A DNA stretch of 37,118 bases from the NCBI GenBank assembly GCA_013115145.1, contig JAAPAO010000352.1, positions 1 through 37,118 on the forward strand. The letters are read 5' to 3'. Origin of the DNA: Perkinsus chesapeaki ATCC PRA-425 (taxonomy: Eukaryota; Protista; Perkinsozoa). Both the position numbers and the translations under genes were made by a program. Positions 25,150 through 36,642 of this stretch are shown here, in pieces. Position 1 is the stretch's first letter, and every line of letters starts with the position of its first letter. The notes under the pieces are model-generated. The model was not told the DNA's origin. It made no database searches and was given only the letters and a program-made list of their open reading frames with translations.

Positions 25150-25161
25150 TACCACATTTCC
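25150..25161 (+). promoter_or_regulatory. Candidate snRNA-type upstream element of U3 copy 1
   Basis: TACCACATTTCC 57 nt upstream of the RNA start. The near-identical TACCACACTTCC sits 56 nt upstream of copy 2 in otherwise divergent flanks. Confidence 0.5.
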
Positions 25162-25206
25162 GTCGCATCGCGCCTGCAATAAGGCGTCTCCGTGCTATTA
25201 ATGTAT

Positions 25207-25408
25207 GTCGACTGTACTCGAACAGGATCACTTATGTAGTGATTTCCTTTCGTTCACAAGAGTACTCTTGACAAAACCCTAAACCGTGATGAGGAGTTGT
25301 ATACCTTTCCACCCTAATGGAGGTTTAGTCAATACAATAATGTATTCGACTTCGATGATCCATTTACTCTTTTAAGAGTTATTGGGTGTGGGTATTGCTG
25401 AGCGGTTT
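25207..25408 (+). ncRNA. U3: U3 snoRNA, copy 1
   Basis: 5' GTCGACTGTACT (box A'), AGGATCA (box A), GTGATGA (C'), CGATGAT (C), GCTGA (D), closing stem AAACCG/CGGTTT, about 200 nt. Box B is not clearly canonical. Confidence 0.85.
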
Positions 25409-25829
25409 AATTGTCAACCACGTTCTTCCACCTGTCTAGGAATCGTACTCACTGACGAAGCTGTGCCCAACCATACGATGCCGCTTGGTCCGTTTCGAGA
25501 AGTGAGTCGCTCTTATCTTTTAACAAAAAGCCTTCCTTGCAACAGGAGCTCAACAGTAGATTGTCATCGGTAGAGGCCTCATTGTGCGGTCTTGCTCGGG
25601 GGGTAGCTCGATTATCTCAAGTAGGACTATACCTGTCTATCCGTGCTACAGTTTGCGACTCTGTCGGAAATCTCAGATAGTTGGAGTCTTCCCTGGTATC
25701 AAAGCGGATGATCTCGAGAAAGATGTAGATGTTAACGTTCTTCAGTGGCGGGATTGCGCTAATAACATGGTGCTTCTTACTACATGTACTTCATAACGAG
25801 ATTCCTGAGCAATCGTAGGCAATACGCGT

Positions 25830-26390
25830 CGATAGAACGTGGCGGCTACGATCTCAAGGGCGAGTTAAGTCACTACTCGAAGCCATAGAGTCCAAGGCTG
25901 ACCGCTCGGTGGAAAGATCTAACTGACTTGTAGATGACTTACGGCGTCTTCAGATGGTGAGGTTACTGCAAATATCCCAGGAGCATATAGACATGCAGTT
26001 GGAGCGTCTGGAAGGAGAGCGAAACAGTTGGAAAGAGGTATGTAGGGCGATTGCCTTTCGAGAATATTCCAAGCTGTGAGCAGATGGTAAAAGAGATGGA
26101 GAAGAGAAGCCCGAGCGCAACGGTTTGTCCTCTCTGGGTCTATGAAAAAACTTGTAGCCTTTCAGTTATCATCCACGCGACCGACCTCTTGTATGAGAAG
26201 GAAGCAACGGGAAGGCTCGAACAAGGTGGGCTTAGCGTAAATTGGTCCTGGGTACTTTTACTTCAGACTGCTCAAGAACAGGGGCCCACAACGCCAAGCG
26301 GTCAGAAGTTTAGAATGAGTCGTGATTCGGCCACAGGTGTGACCCATCCCAAATCTTCGTTTATGACCATTCGAAGGTACACTTAAGGCG
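25830..26390 (+). mobile_element. Decayed gag-like ORF fragment
   Basis: RVKSLLEAIESKADRSVERSN*LVDDLRRLQMVRLLQISQEHIDMQLERLEGERNSWKEVCRAIAFREYS with internal stops. Confidence 0.3.
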
Positions 26391-26702
26391 AGCGTTACTC
26401 CAAGACGGTTACTAGAGATGAAAGCTACTGCAAATGTAATTGATAATCAAGATACGTGTAAGGTTCAAACACCGCGCCCGGCGACGTCCGGAAGTCGTCC
26501 TCGGATGATACTACCTACTGGTAGTTAAGTGCATGTTCGCAACCTTCAAATTGTGCTTCCAAATCGTTGTTTCGAGTTTAGTGGCTTTCCTCGGCGGCGT
26601 CCAGATGCCCCCACCGGGGTTTGAACCTGCGTGGCATTCCATACGCAAGCGCGCAATTCTAAATTGCGACCAACGCGTTGAGCAAATAGATTATTTTTTA
26701 AT

Positions 26703-27301
26703 ATGTCGGGCCACCTGCAACCTTTGATGCCCAAAAGGCGGCCACCGGATAAGGGCAGCTTTCCACTCGATCACTTTAACCAATGCAAGCAGATCCACGA
26801 TAAGTATCCTACGTTGATGCATGCAAGATGCGCACAAGGCCTCCTCAGGTATTTGAAATGCTTACGAACACATAGAAACGATAATAGAAGTTGTCGCTTC
26901 CTAGCTAAAGAGTATCTACAGTGCCGGTGAGCCTTCCCGACTGCTTCTTCGGAAACTTTCCACCTCAGTATGGACCACGGCCTGATGGCGCCAGAACCCA
27001 TGGAACGTCTTGGTTTCACTTCTGAAGATGATCGAGCACGAAAGCCTCGCGAGTTTCGAACCGATACCGTAATTCATTTATATTTTCATATTTTTGTTTT
27101 TTTGATGCTACATAAAGCATCTATCTGCCTTAGGTTCGAGAAGATGAAGGCTGGCTGGCAGGAAGGGATCTATTGGAGGCTCGTGGATGGGTTAGACCTA
27201 GAATGTTCGGTGGCGGTGTCTGGGGCGGAGCTAAACTAGATAATCGTAATAAGGTGGAAGAGGAAGATTCAGAAGAGGTTGATAAGAAGGCTAATAGTTA
27301 A
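26703..27301 (+). CDS. COX19: COX19-like twin Cx9C mitochondrial intermembrane-space protein
   Basis: [16 protein letters not shown]. Removing a 45-nt in-frame intron restores [11 protein letters not shown] (Cx9C), followed by [11 protein letters not shown] and RMDHGLM. The last exon boundary is less certain. Confidence 0.9.
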
Positions 27302-27385
27302 GACAGCATGTTTCTGTTATTCCTAATTGTGTTGAGTTCATGCCCATCGATTCCATAGAGTTCGATATAATACCTCTCCCTGTAA

Positions 27386-28054
27386 ATGATCAGACGGTTT
27401 TTCAGTTCCCCTGCCGCTACCAACGCTTATGAGAAATCGGTAAGTCGAATAGGGCAGCTAATATTCCCCGAATCTTGTGAGTAAAGTTGGCATCTAGATA
27501 ACATCGGTGTTCCTCATTTTGTAGTTTTATCGGATCAATCGTCTCATCGTCGTTTATTTCAGTTGGAGGCATTGCTGAGGGCGACTTTATCAGCAACTGC
27601 AACCAAAGTCGAAGATGTTTCGGGTGGATGTGGTTCAAGCTATCGAGTGGAGGTTGAATCCCCCAAATTTGTTGGTACTGCGGGGGAATCTTCCGCGGCG
27701 ATCGGGACGAGCATCAAGCTAGGATACCTTTTTTGTCGCATTGTTATCATCGTCTCTATTGAACGCGAATGCTTTCCCTATTTTCTCTCACAATCCTTTG
27801 TATTAATTTTTCTATGTCTCAGTAAGCTTGGAAAATGCATCTATGTTGGTGCATAGAATCCACGACTTGATCCACTATCACCCACTATTAGTGTATTATT
27901 GACTGTAGGCCTTCCTAAGATCAAGCAACATCAGATGGTAAATAATGCATTGAGGGATGAGATAAAGAAATGGCACGCTATAACGATAATAACCAAGCCT
28001 ACCACCGCTGCCAGCGGTGACGCCGCCGCCGGCGAAGTACAGTCGAAGGAGTGA
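27386..28054 (+). CDS. BolA: BolA-family protein with mitochondrial-type presequence
   Basis: MIRRFFSSPAATTLMRNR leader, KVEDVSGGCGSSYRVEVESPKFVG|LPKIKQHQMVNNALRDEIKKWHAITIIT. Confidence 0.88.
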
Positions 28055-28135
28055 CTGAATATTAATTATGTTTCTCGACGATTTGTGGGGTTTGATTTTG
28101 AGAGCTGACTATGGTTATTCAGTTTTTATTATTTG

Positions 28136-30310
28136 ATGGTTTTGGCTGAAAGCTCCTCCTCGGAACAGCAGCAGCAGCAGTCGCCTCAAGTAAGGTCTTG
28201 AGGTGGCCTGAGCAGCAGCACGTGGTGTTTGTCAGATTCCCGGCATGGATACTGTGTCTGGTAGCTCGGCGTCATCAAATGGAAGTATAGAAGGAAGGGA
28301 AAGTGGATCACAGAATGGTAGTAGGATCAGATGGTGGATAGGAATGCGTCGTGATAGGGGGGAATATATCAATATAATTTTAATAAATATATCAATAATA
28401 TTTTACATTGCTTTGGTATGCTGCACTTGCCGCTTGCTCGCCTACTGATAATCTAGCTGCCAGTCTAGTTTCGTCAGTCAGTTAATTTGAGGTGTGAAGC
28501 ACCACCGGCGTCAACGTTGTTCGTGCCATACTGAAACTCAGCTTGTCTTTGTCAATCTTTATTTGGTACTCGCGCCATTAGGCGACCATAGATCTAGTAG
28601 TATTGTTATCGTATATAGTAGGTTCTACTAGCAGAAGGCACACAATAGGAGGAAGTTCCACATCAACTTCGTCTGTCCGAGAGGTTCCGCGAAGGTAATC
28701 CGTGTTGCTGGAATTAGTATCACATTTCCTTCAAATCATCGTCAGGCTTACTACTCTTGACCAGCAATCTGGCATTCGGTACATACCTCTTGGAATTCGG
28801 CATGACAGCTTTGAGGTCGAGCGCCATCAGAGGCTCCTAAAGACCAAGTAGGCCGTTTTAGAATCGATAAAGACACTACGAAGCTGGAAGGTGTCGAGCT
28901 ACTCCAGCACCGAATAGGACGGCTTCGAAAGCCTTCGTGTTTTCTGCCACTTGCCCACTAAGAAATAAGAGTTCCGCACTGCTGATATTGGGGGTTTTAT
29001 GGAATACTATCATAGCTTCCCTAATCGCTGGGAAGCCACTCTCAAGAGCTTTAGAAAGGCGTAGGAACCAACGAAATATCTTTTTAGAGCATTCGAAAAT
29101 AGCAACTATTTCCCTTCGTGGGCCACGCTGTAAGTAAAGACAGCTATTTTGGCGGCTAAGTAGGTATTATACGGAACGGTTCATACTTGTTCGTACTGTC
29201 CTGTTGGATGCCGCCCTTCCCGTAGGTTTTGCCGGTTCGGTCAGAACTGTGAATTCGCTCGAAAGGGGCAGTGCTTCTTCGTACATGCCCCGCAAGAGCT
29301 CAAGTACAGGCCGCCAAGGCCAGATGGATATCCGGTAGGATGTCACGCGCCACGAAATTATCGTGGTTAGTGTTTGTTGTAGCAGGGGGAATCTTAGTTA
29401 AATTTCGTTACGCGGCGCACTGCGAAGATTTCAGGTACGAGATCGTGCTGCCGAAGGGTACGATGATTATGATAATTACTATTACGGTGATGGCGAATAC
29501 TATCCTAATGGACAGTATTACGACAATCCGTCTAACGAAACAGAAGTAGTCGAAGGATACCAACAGCAAGAAGATGGTTATGGATACCAAACTGTTGAGG
29601 TGAAATCGATTGAGTGATCGATTTTGTGGAAGATATCTGTAGGCTCAAGTTGGAAGGAAGACTTCATCGACTGAGCCGGCGCTGGTCGCCATGGAGTTGG
29701 CGATTCAAGTGAGCGTGTTGGTAATTTTATGAAGTCGATAGGCGTTCCCAGATTCGAGATTTCGTTACCACTCAAGATAGATTACAGTTGCTTGTTCAAG
29801 CAATGAACGTCTTGGCGAGCAGTGAGGCAGCGGAAGGGGATAAATCTTCATGTGAGCCTGGTGATGGTCCCGAGTTCTATCCCTGGTGAAGGTGTTCATC
29901 AATTTAGACTCTCTAAATATCTTGTTTGCTCTCCTGATTATTACGTTATCCGAGTGTCATCTTATGATTCATCGCTGTGCTCCCAGGTGGAATTGGTAAT
30001 GTGGCGTCAACTCTGGCGACGTCTTTCGGAGGATCTCCAGCTACCTCTTCCACCAGAACCGAAGTTACACCGGACAAAGAGAATAAGCGCCCATCAGGCG
30101 CCCAACCGGTGAGTTTGGTGGATAAAGCGTTGGTTAGAGAAAGCTGCACCATGTCTTTTGTTGTATGGACAGTCAAGTGGCGGATATCCGATAAAATTAG
30201 AAGATCATATACAGCAAACAAACTTTGCCAAATTGGACGCTCCCAGCGAAAAAGCGGCTGCTGCTGTCACCACCGCTGAGATGTCTGCGAATTCCTGCGC
30301 CCAACAGTGA
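28136..30310 (+). CDS. Hypothetical protein, many small exons
   Basis: Series of AG/GT-bounded open segments (RRHTIGGSSTSTSSVREVPRR, FEVERHQRLLKTK, IRDFVTTQDRLQLLVQAMNVLAS). No family recognised and the 3' end is uncertain. Confidence 0.55.
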
Positions 30311-30866
30311 TGTCCCGAGTAAGCTCTCATACGCTCGCCAAAGCGTCATTTGCTCTTTCAGATTTGCTGCTACTGGTCGCGCTAATAACTGACAAATATT
30401 ATTGTTTTGAGCTATCCAGCTGCCGTATTGTCTGCCACGCTTTTTTCATATTCTATCGTTGTAGAGGTGTTGTTCGCATCGGTTGCTGTAAGAGCCCCAT
30501 CATCATTACTTTATCAATACACTCACCTTCTTTGTGATTGTAGTGATGGATTGTGATGGTGCTTAGAAAGATGCTTCTGTGCGTGTAGAAGCTTGTTAGA
30601 AGAGTTGAGTTGTTAATTTCAGAGGTGGGCAGCAATGAAGGGGTTCAACGATAATATTCAGAACAGCTTGTCCAAGTAGAGTTCCTTCCCTCGCCGCTAC
30701 AGAGCTCTCGCGATCTTCGAAATGGGTTTTGACTGAGGGAAATTTATTGTTCTTTTTTCCACGTGTTTTTCGAATTCTCTAATAGATTGGTAAGGAGTAT
30801 TCGAGTTATCAATTTTTCGGCATTTTTTATTGGCTTTATTTGCGTAACCGCGCCTCTGTCCAATTC

Positions 30867-33800
30867 ATGAGCCTGCGTGTTGGCAGTGCTAACCTTAATA
30901 TGATTCTAGCATCCGGTCGATTGTCTTTGATACTTGCTCTTCTTAATATCCTCAAGGTTGAGGGAAACAATTGGCTGCTGCAATGCAGTAGTTGTGTGGA
31001 TCAGAGCATGTAAGGTTGCTCTCTTAGGTTGCACGCGTGCGCACGTCGTCTATGACAGGTTTGGCGACATATCTCTGAAAAGCGATATTCAACCGGCAAA
31101 TCAAACTAAGCTTTATGAACAGCTCCGGAAAATGCAGGTATACGAGGTTCTTGCTCTGTTGAAGCTCTGAGATATCTTAATGCTGTTCAACCTTTGGAGT
31201 ATCTTTAATCAATTCGACCTTTGGAGTATCTTCTTCCCTTCAACCTCAAAATATGTGTCAGTTGCGTGAGTTCACCCATACAGAGCGCGAGTTCTTCAAT
31301 AAGTTCTTCGCTACAAGACAACTAGGTCTGATTGCACAAGAGTTACAAACGGTTATACCAGAAGCAGTATCACTCATACCAGAAAGAAGGTAAGCTCCAA
31401 AGATATCTTCTTGGGAGAGTTTCGCAAACTCGGAAAGGAGACTTCCTTATCCGGCTTGCTATTGGCGAATTGCTCTTTACACGTCTACCAAGTTTAGTGA
31501 CTAAACTCGTTCTTGGAGGTTACTAGCCCTCTGCCGTTAGAACTACAGTAGGCCATATTGGCCAACATAAAGAAACCCGCGCTGCCTCAGAAATTGGCCG
31601 AGAGAGATCACCATTCTACGCTCGCTCGCAAAATGTCCCTACGTGCGAATGGATAGGCCTCCCTTGGCTCCTCCGCTTCTGCCCTGGAGGGGGGCACAAC
31701 GTAACACGTGACGTAGACAACTTGACTGAATTCAGAAATGTCACAATTGTATAGAAAGACTTCGATGAACATAGGAGAATCTAACTGGTCAAGGTCGGAG
31801 TTCGTATTCTATCCGTTAATGCAATTCACTTTCTATGCGGGGCTCAAGCGCTGCCATTGTGCAACATTATCTCTCAGGTGGACGTCACTTAATGGTACAC
31901 AATCACGCACTAAGAATGTGTAGGTCATCATCATTATTGACATGCTCATACCGTCTTATTCTCATCTCAATATGTTAAGATACATGCTTCGAGAGGCGCA
32001 TCTTTTGATGACAGCCTTGGGGGCACTGCAAGAGTTATCTGGACGCCATGAACATATGGCTGGCGACTACTGGGAAAGGTGGGGTTTTGTCACTGCGCCA
32101 CAAAATTATTTCGTTGAACTAAGTGTATGATATTTTTGCCTCAGAGTTCAAAAATGGAGCGATGAGATGAATAAAATGCAAGCTGAAATGAACAAAGTCA
32201 GCGAGGAGCAATCAAGGCAGACAGAGAAAGTTCAGAGTCTTAATACAAAGGTGTGTAGGAGTATCAAGGACGATGGTCGTGACGTCGTCGTGGAATAGGT
32301 TCATGTTGTCAATCATGATCTGGATCGCCTTGAGACCTCAGTAAAGGTGGCAGATGAACGGGGAAAGAAACAAGAATTTGAAGTTGGTAGACTTAAAGAG
32401 GATCATCGACATTTTACGTCCAGAGTTGAAGATAAAATTGGGTAAGAGGAAGAGGGTGATGATGGTGAGCAATCTGGCGAATATACAGCTTCAAATTAGG
32501 AGTCGGATTAATAAGTTATACTTGATCTAGGCTCGAGTGGAGTGTGATTTATTGCGTGACTTGCTGCGGGCTTACGCGCAGAACAATAGTAGCGGAAATC
32601 GTAATGAACTTGTTGACTTCTGTGGCAATTCGCCACTGGCGAAGAGTCCAAAACGCATACCAGTACATTTGGATGCTCCACTGAATCTCCTCTTGTTGGA
32701 GCTAGTGAATGGCGGGAACCATCTTCTCCTACTCCAGTAGGAGTAAGGAAAGGCCATTCAGTTGTTATAGATTGGCTTTCTTCCTTGTAGCGTCATGGTG
32801 GCTAGCCTTATGTAACAATTATTATTATCCTGAACGTTTGGTCCGTACTGCTGTTGTTAGACTGTCTGCTGTGTAGGTTGTTGTTGAAGGAGATGACTCA
32901 AAGGGAAGAAGCTTTGAGCAGAGAGAAGCTAGAAATGCGAAATGCGATCGAATTGGAGGCAGAGAGAAGCAGTCGATCGCTGGGTAGACTAACTGACGAT
33001 TTGTGCAAGGAGTGGTAGGAGTCGTTTACAGGTGACCTGAAGGATACGCTCTCGGCATTGCGATCGCTGCACTACTCGCTGGCATTCCTCGTTGAGGAAT
33101 ACAGACGGGATGCCCTGGAAAGGGGAGAGACTATGAAGGAAAGTGTTGATGAGATGCAAGTGAAGTTGACTAGGCTTAAGTAAGAAGTGAGAAGGGTTAG
33201 CTGCCGTTGAGCTCGCCATTGGTCAGCAACTCTTTGGTTGAGTACGACCGATTCTATCGGGAGCAGTTGGTGAAGTTGGAAGAGGCGAAAGAGAAAGATC
33301 GAAGGAGAATGAAGCTGATTGAGTCGAATGTGACAGAATTGTGGAAGGCCATGGATAAGCAAGCCAGTGCCGACTTGGTGGAGTTGACCAAAAGAGTAGG
33401 GCTGGCGAGTGGTGGCGGGTTTCGGTAACGGTGTTTCAGGCGGAGCTTGAGGTCGAAGGAACTATGGCAAAGATACGATTGGAGAAGATGCGTCTAGAGA
33501 TGGAGAGGGATAATATGGAGAGGCAAAGAGAGCTCCAGCAACAGGCAGACGAACATCAAGATGAGTGAGGCCTTCTTGAACAGTGACTCAGGATTTAAGC
33601 CGCCTCGATATTTAGACTGCATCGGCGTCGAACAGCGGCCGAGTCGGAGCGTAGAGAGGCACACGATGCTAGATTGATAGAAATGCAGGAGGAGAGCCAG
33701 ATAAGGTGCGTAGTGGTCGCTGTGATAGTAGATGATGACGTTAGTTAGGCAACAGCACAGTGCTCATACACTAGAAATGGAGCGGCTAAATAGGACAGTT

Positions 33801-35656
33801 GAGGCTGACCGAGAAAAGGTTGAGGTAAGACGACCTCGAGGATAGTGAGAAATGATTTCTCTGGCTCAGGCGGAGAGTCGTAAGGAGGTGGAGTTGGCTC
33901 GAGTGAGAGAGGAAGCTCGATTGAGGGACAGAAGAGAGAATGAAGATATCAATTTGAGAGAGATAGCTGCCAAAGCACAGCATGATATCCAAGCGATGGA
34001 AGCGAAAGCGAAGGAAGACCGGGAAACAGCTTTACAGGTCGGTGATGGTTGCAGTATTGATTGTCTGATATGTTATTCATCAGAACCTACGAGAATCTGT
34101 TCATCAAGTTCGAGAATCCGTAAAATGGTTCTTCTCCTCCCCAACTCAAGTGCTACGTAGCGTCGCCTTTTTAGCGGGTAAGGTGGTGAGTTTGCAGATC
34201 AGTAGCGATTTAGCTCGTATTACTTATATTTATCATTTTGGCACCAGGCTGGTGCAAGCTAACAATCAGCAACGGGGGCAGCAATAAGCTCAGCTTACTG
34301 TCGAGGTGTTTCTGCAATATCAGGTTGCGCGGCATCTATTTACTTCACTCGTGAGATGGCGATGCTTGCCAGAGATCAGCTTAATAAACGCCTTGGCAAA
34401 CCAAGCCTGCTTCGAAGGACGAGTCGGAAATCATTGTTACATGTAGGTTAATAGTTCATCACGTTTAGCGGAGCGAAGCGGATATTTTCATTTCAGGACC
34501 TGAGAGATTGGCTTCTACATCGTAAGGCTCCATCGCGAGTATTTTCGGATGTTGTACTTCGACCAGATCATTTAATAACGATAAAGCGTCTTGCTGATGC
34601 AACTCGTAGGATCATTACTGCTCTGGAATAGACGGACGATGACCTCTCTAACAGGCACAGCGAAAAGGCGAGGCCAGCCTTTATTGCATTGTATGTTCTA
34701 TGGTCCACCAGGGACAGGGAAAACAATGACTGCAGAGAGATTTGCTGAGTACCGCTGCTGTTGAATCTATCGGATTTGGAGAATTGGTTTAGATACTCTG
34801 GACTGGAATATGCGATAATGTGTGGAGCTGACGTGGCACCTTTGAACGAATCCGCAGTCACTGAGCTTCACAGTCTCTTCGATTGGGTCAAGAAGAGTCG
34901 TCGAGGCGTGCTTCTCTTTATTGATGAGGCTGACGCATTTCTTGGTAGGTTGCTAGTCTGTTATTTATGTAGCTGGTGCCAGGTGCGAGAACAGCAGGTA
35001 TGGGGGAACATATGCGAAATGCTTTAACAACGATGCTGTACCATACAGGGACATCGTCCTCGCAGTTCATGCTCGTCCTTGCGACCAATAGACCAGGAGA
35101 CCTTGATGCTGCAGTTCTTGATAGAATCGATGAGAGCGTCGAATTCGGGCTGCCAGACACTATTGAGCGACATATGATGTGTAGAATGTATTATGATAAA
35201 TATGTTGTGATGCCCATGGAGAAGGCAAAGATGACCAAACTGAAAATAAGTCGTCCCTCGAGCCCCCTACTGAAGGCCGCTGCGATAACAGTTACAAAGG
35301 GTAGCAGATCGGCGCCAAGCGCGGCACGGAAAACGGCGAGTGTTAGACGACGCAGTCGACCGCGTGTTGAGGAGGCAAGTCCGGAGGAGAGCTGCGGAGT
35401 ACCTGAAGGTTACCAGGATCTTGCAGTCGACGACAGTTGCCTTCGCAGAATCGCGGAACGGCTTTCGGGCTTCAGTGGTCGAGAAATTGCAAAGTTGTTT
35501 ATGTCGCTTCAAACGCATATATATTCACTGGGCATAGAGTCAATTGAAGGCGTTAAAGAAGGTGTACTAAATGACGTGGTCGAGTCTAAGCTGGCAGAGC
35601 ACTCCCAAACGGTTGATATGATGGATAATGGCTACAAGTACAGAGGAAGCCGATAA
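30867..35656 (+). CDS. Fusion protein: hydrophobic leader, Peptidase_S74/ICA domain, long coiled coil, ATAD3-type N-domain, AAA+ ATPase
   Basis: [43 protein letters not shown] (S74/ICA). [68 protein letters not shown] (ATAD3). Exon phases are consistent between the domains. Confidence 0.8.
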
Positions 35657-36043
35657 GGAAGACAAGCCTATCAATGTGGTAACTTGAAAGATATTGTTTA
35701 GTTAATGCCCCGTTCATCGTTATATAGTATTACAAGTTGCTCTGTCATGCCCGCCATTATTGGTGTACACGGAAATTGACTATTGCGTTATTGCGTGCTA
35801 GTAAAAGCTTGTAAAGCGATAGCAGTGCCAGGAGAGACGTTCCTACATAATTTCATACGTTAAATCGGTGACCCACTCAGAGTGCCGGGGATTCTGCGGA
35901 CTGCGAAACTGCACCGGTAGGATCTTGATCCACGCAACTCTCAGCATGGCTACAGATTAAGTGGAACTTAACGCCATTTCCATCCCATCTCATTTCGTCA
36001 AGGAAAACCTGAAGGGGGAGACAAATGATTGTGCAATTTTGCA

Positions 36044-36055
36044 TACCACACTTCC
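36044..36055 (+). promoter_or_regulatory. Candidate snRNA-type upstream element of U3 copy 2
   Basis: TACCACACTTCC, same position as in copy 1. Confidence 0.5.
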
Positions 36056-36099
36056 CTCAAATCTCACCCCAATAAGGCGCCTCCGTTCTATTAATGTAT

Positions 36100-36301
36100 G
36101 TCGACTGTACTCGAACAGGATCACTCATGTAGTGATTTCCTTTCGTTCACAAGAGTACTCGTGACAAAACCCTAAACCGTGATGAGGAGTTGTATACCTT
36201 TCTACCCTAATGGAGGTTTAGTCAATACAATAATGTATTCGACATCGATGATCCATTTACTCTTTTAAGAGTTATTGGGTGTGGGTATTGCTGAGCGGTT
36301 T
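36100..36301 (+). ncRNA. U3: U3 snoRNA, copy 2
   Basis: Same boxes as copy 1, with 4 substitutions over about 200 nt. The shared block extends 36071-36311 versus 25178-25418. Confidence 0.85.
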
Positions 36302-36589
36302 AACTGTCAACTAAGTTTTATTTTGACTGATTAGTTTGGTTGATGTATGAATTATTTACGATAAAAGTCCAATAACTTTTGAGCAAAGGCTGTTGAGCAC
36401 CTGAAAATCAGTTAAAGACAGCTTGTTTCATCGATAGTTGTTGGGATATCCGTACTAAGTAAGCATCTCTGGAAGCCATGATAGTAATTTACTACGACGA
36501 TATTGTACGAGATACTGTATGTTGATGCGAAAGTGCTGCCAGCGTGAAGCTGAAGCCTATGCCAATAACTTGCTTGATACACTATCTAA

Positions 36590-36642
36590 CAAACAATTTT
36601 TAATGTACACCTGAACTACCAAACAATTTTTAATGTACACCT
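36590..36642. repeat. 23-bp direct repeat with 30-bp period
   Basis: caaacaatttttaatgtacacct at 36590 and 36620. Confidence 0.9.

Noticed and set aside
25274-25286. AAACCCTAAACC telomere-like sequence (also near 36167)
   Set aside because: Single unit that forms part of the U3 closing stem, not a telomeric array
26595-26690. B-box-like GGTTCAAACCC on the minus strand upstream of COX19, suggesting a tRNA
   Set aside because: No convincing A box, and the acceptor and T stems do not pair. At most a very decayed remnant.
28740-30221. Minus-strand ORFs overlapping the hypothetical gene
   Set aside because: Splice signals and open frames chain on the plus strand, so these are shadow ORFs
31190-31232. 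16-bp intronic direct repeat acctttggagtatctt
   Set aside because: Local slippage duplication with no further copies seen
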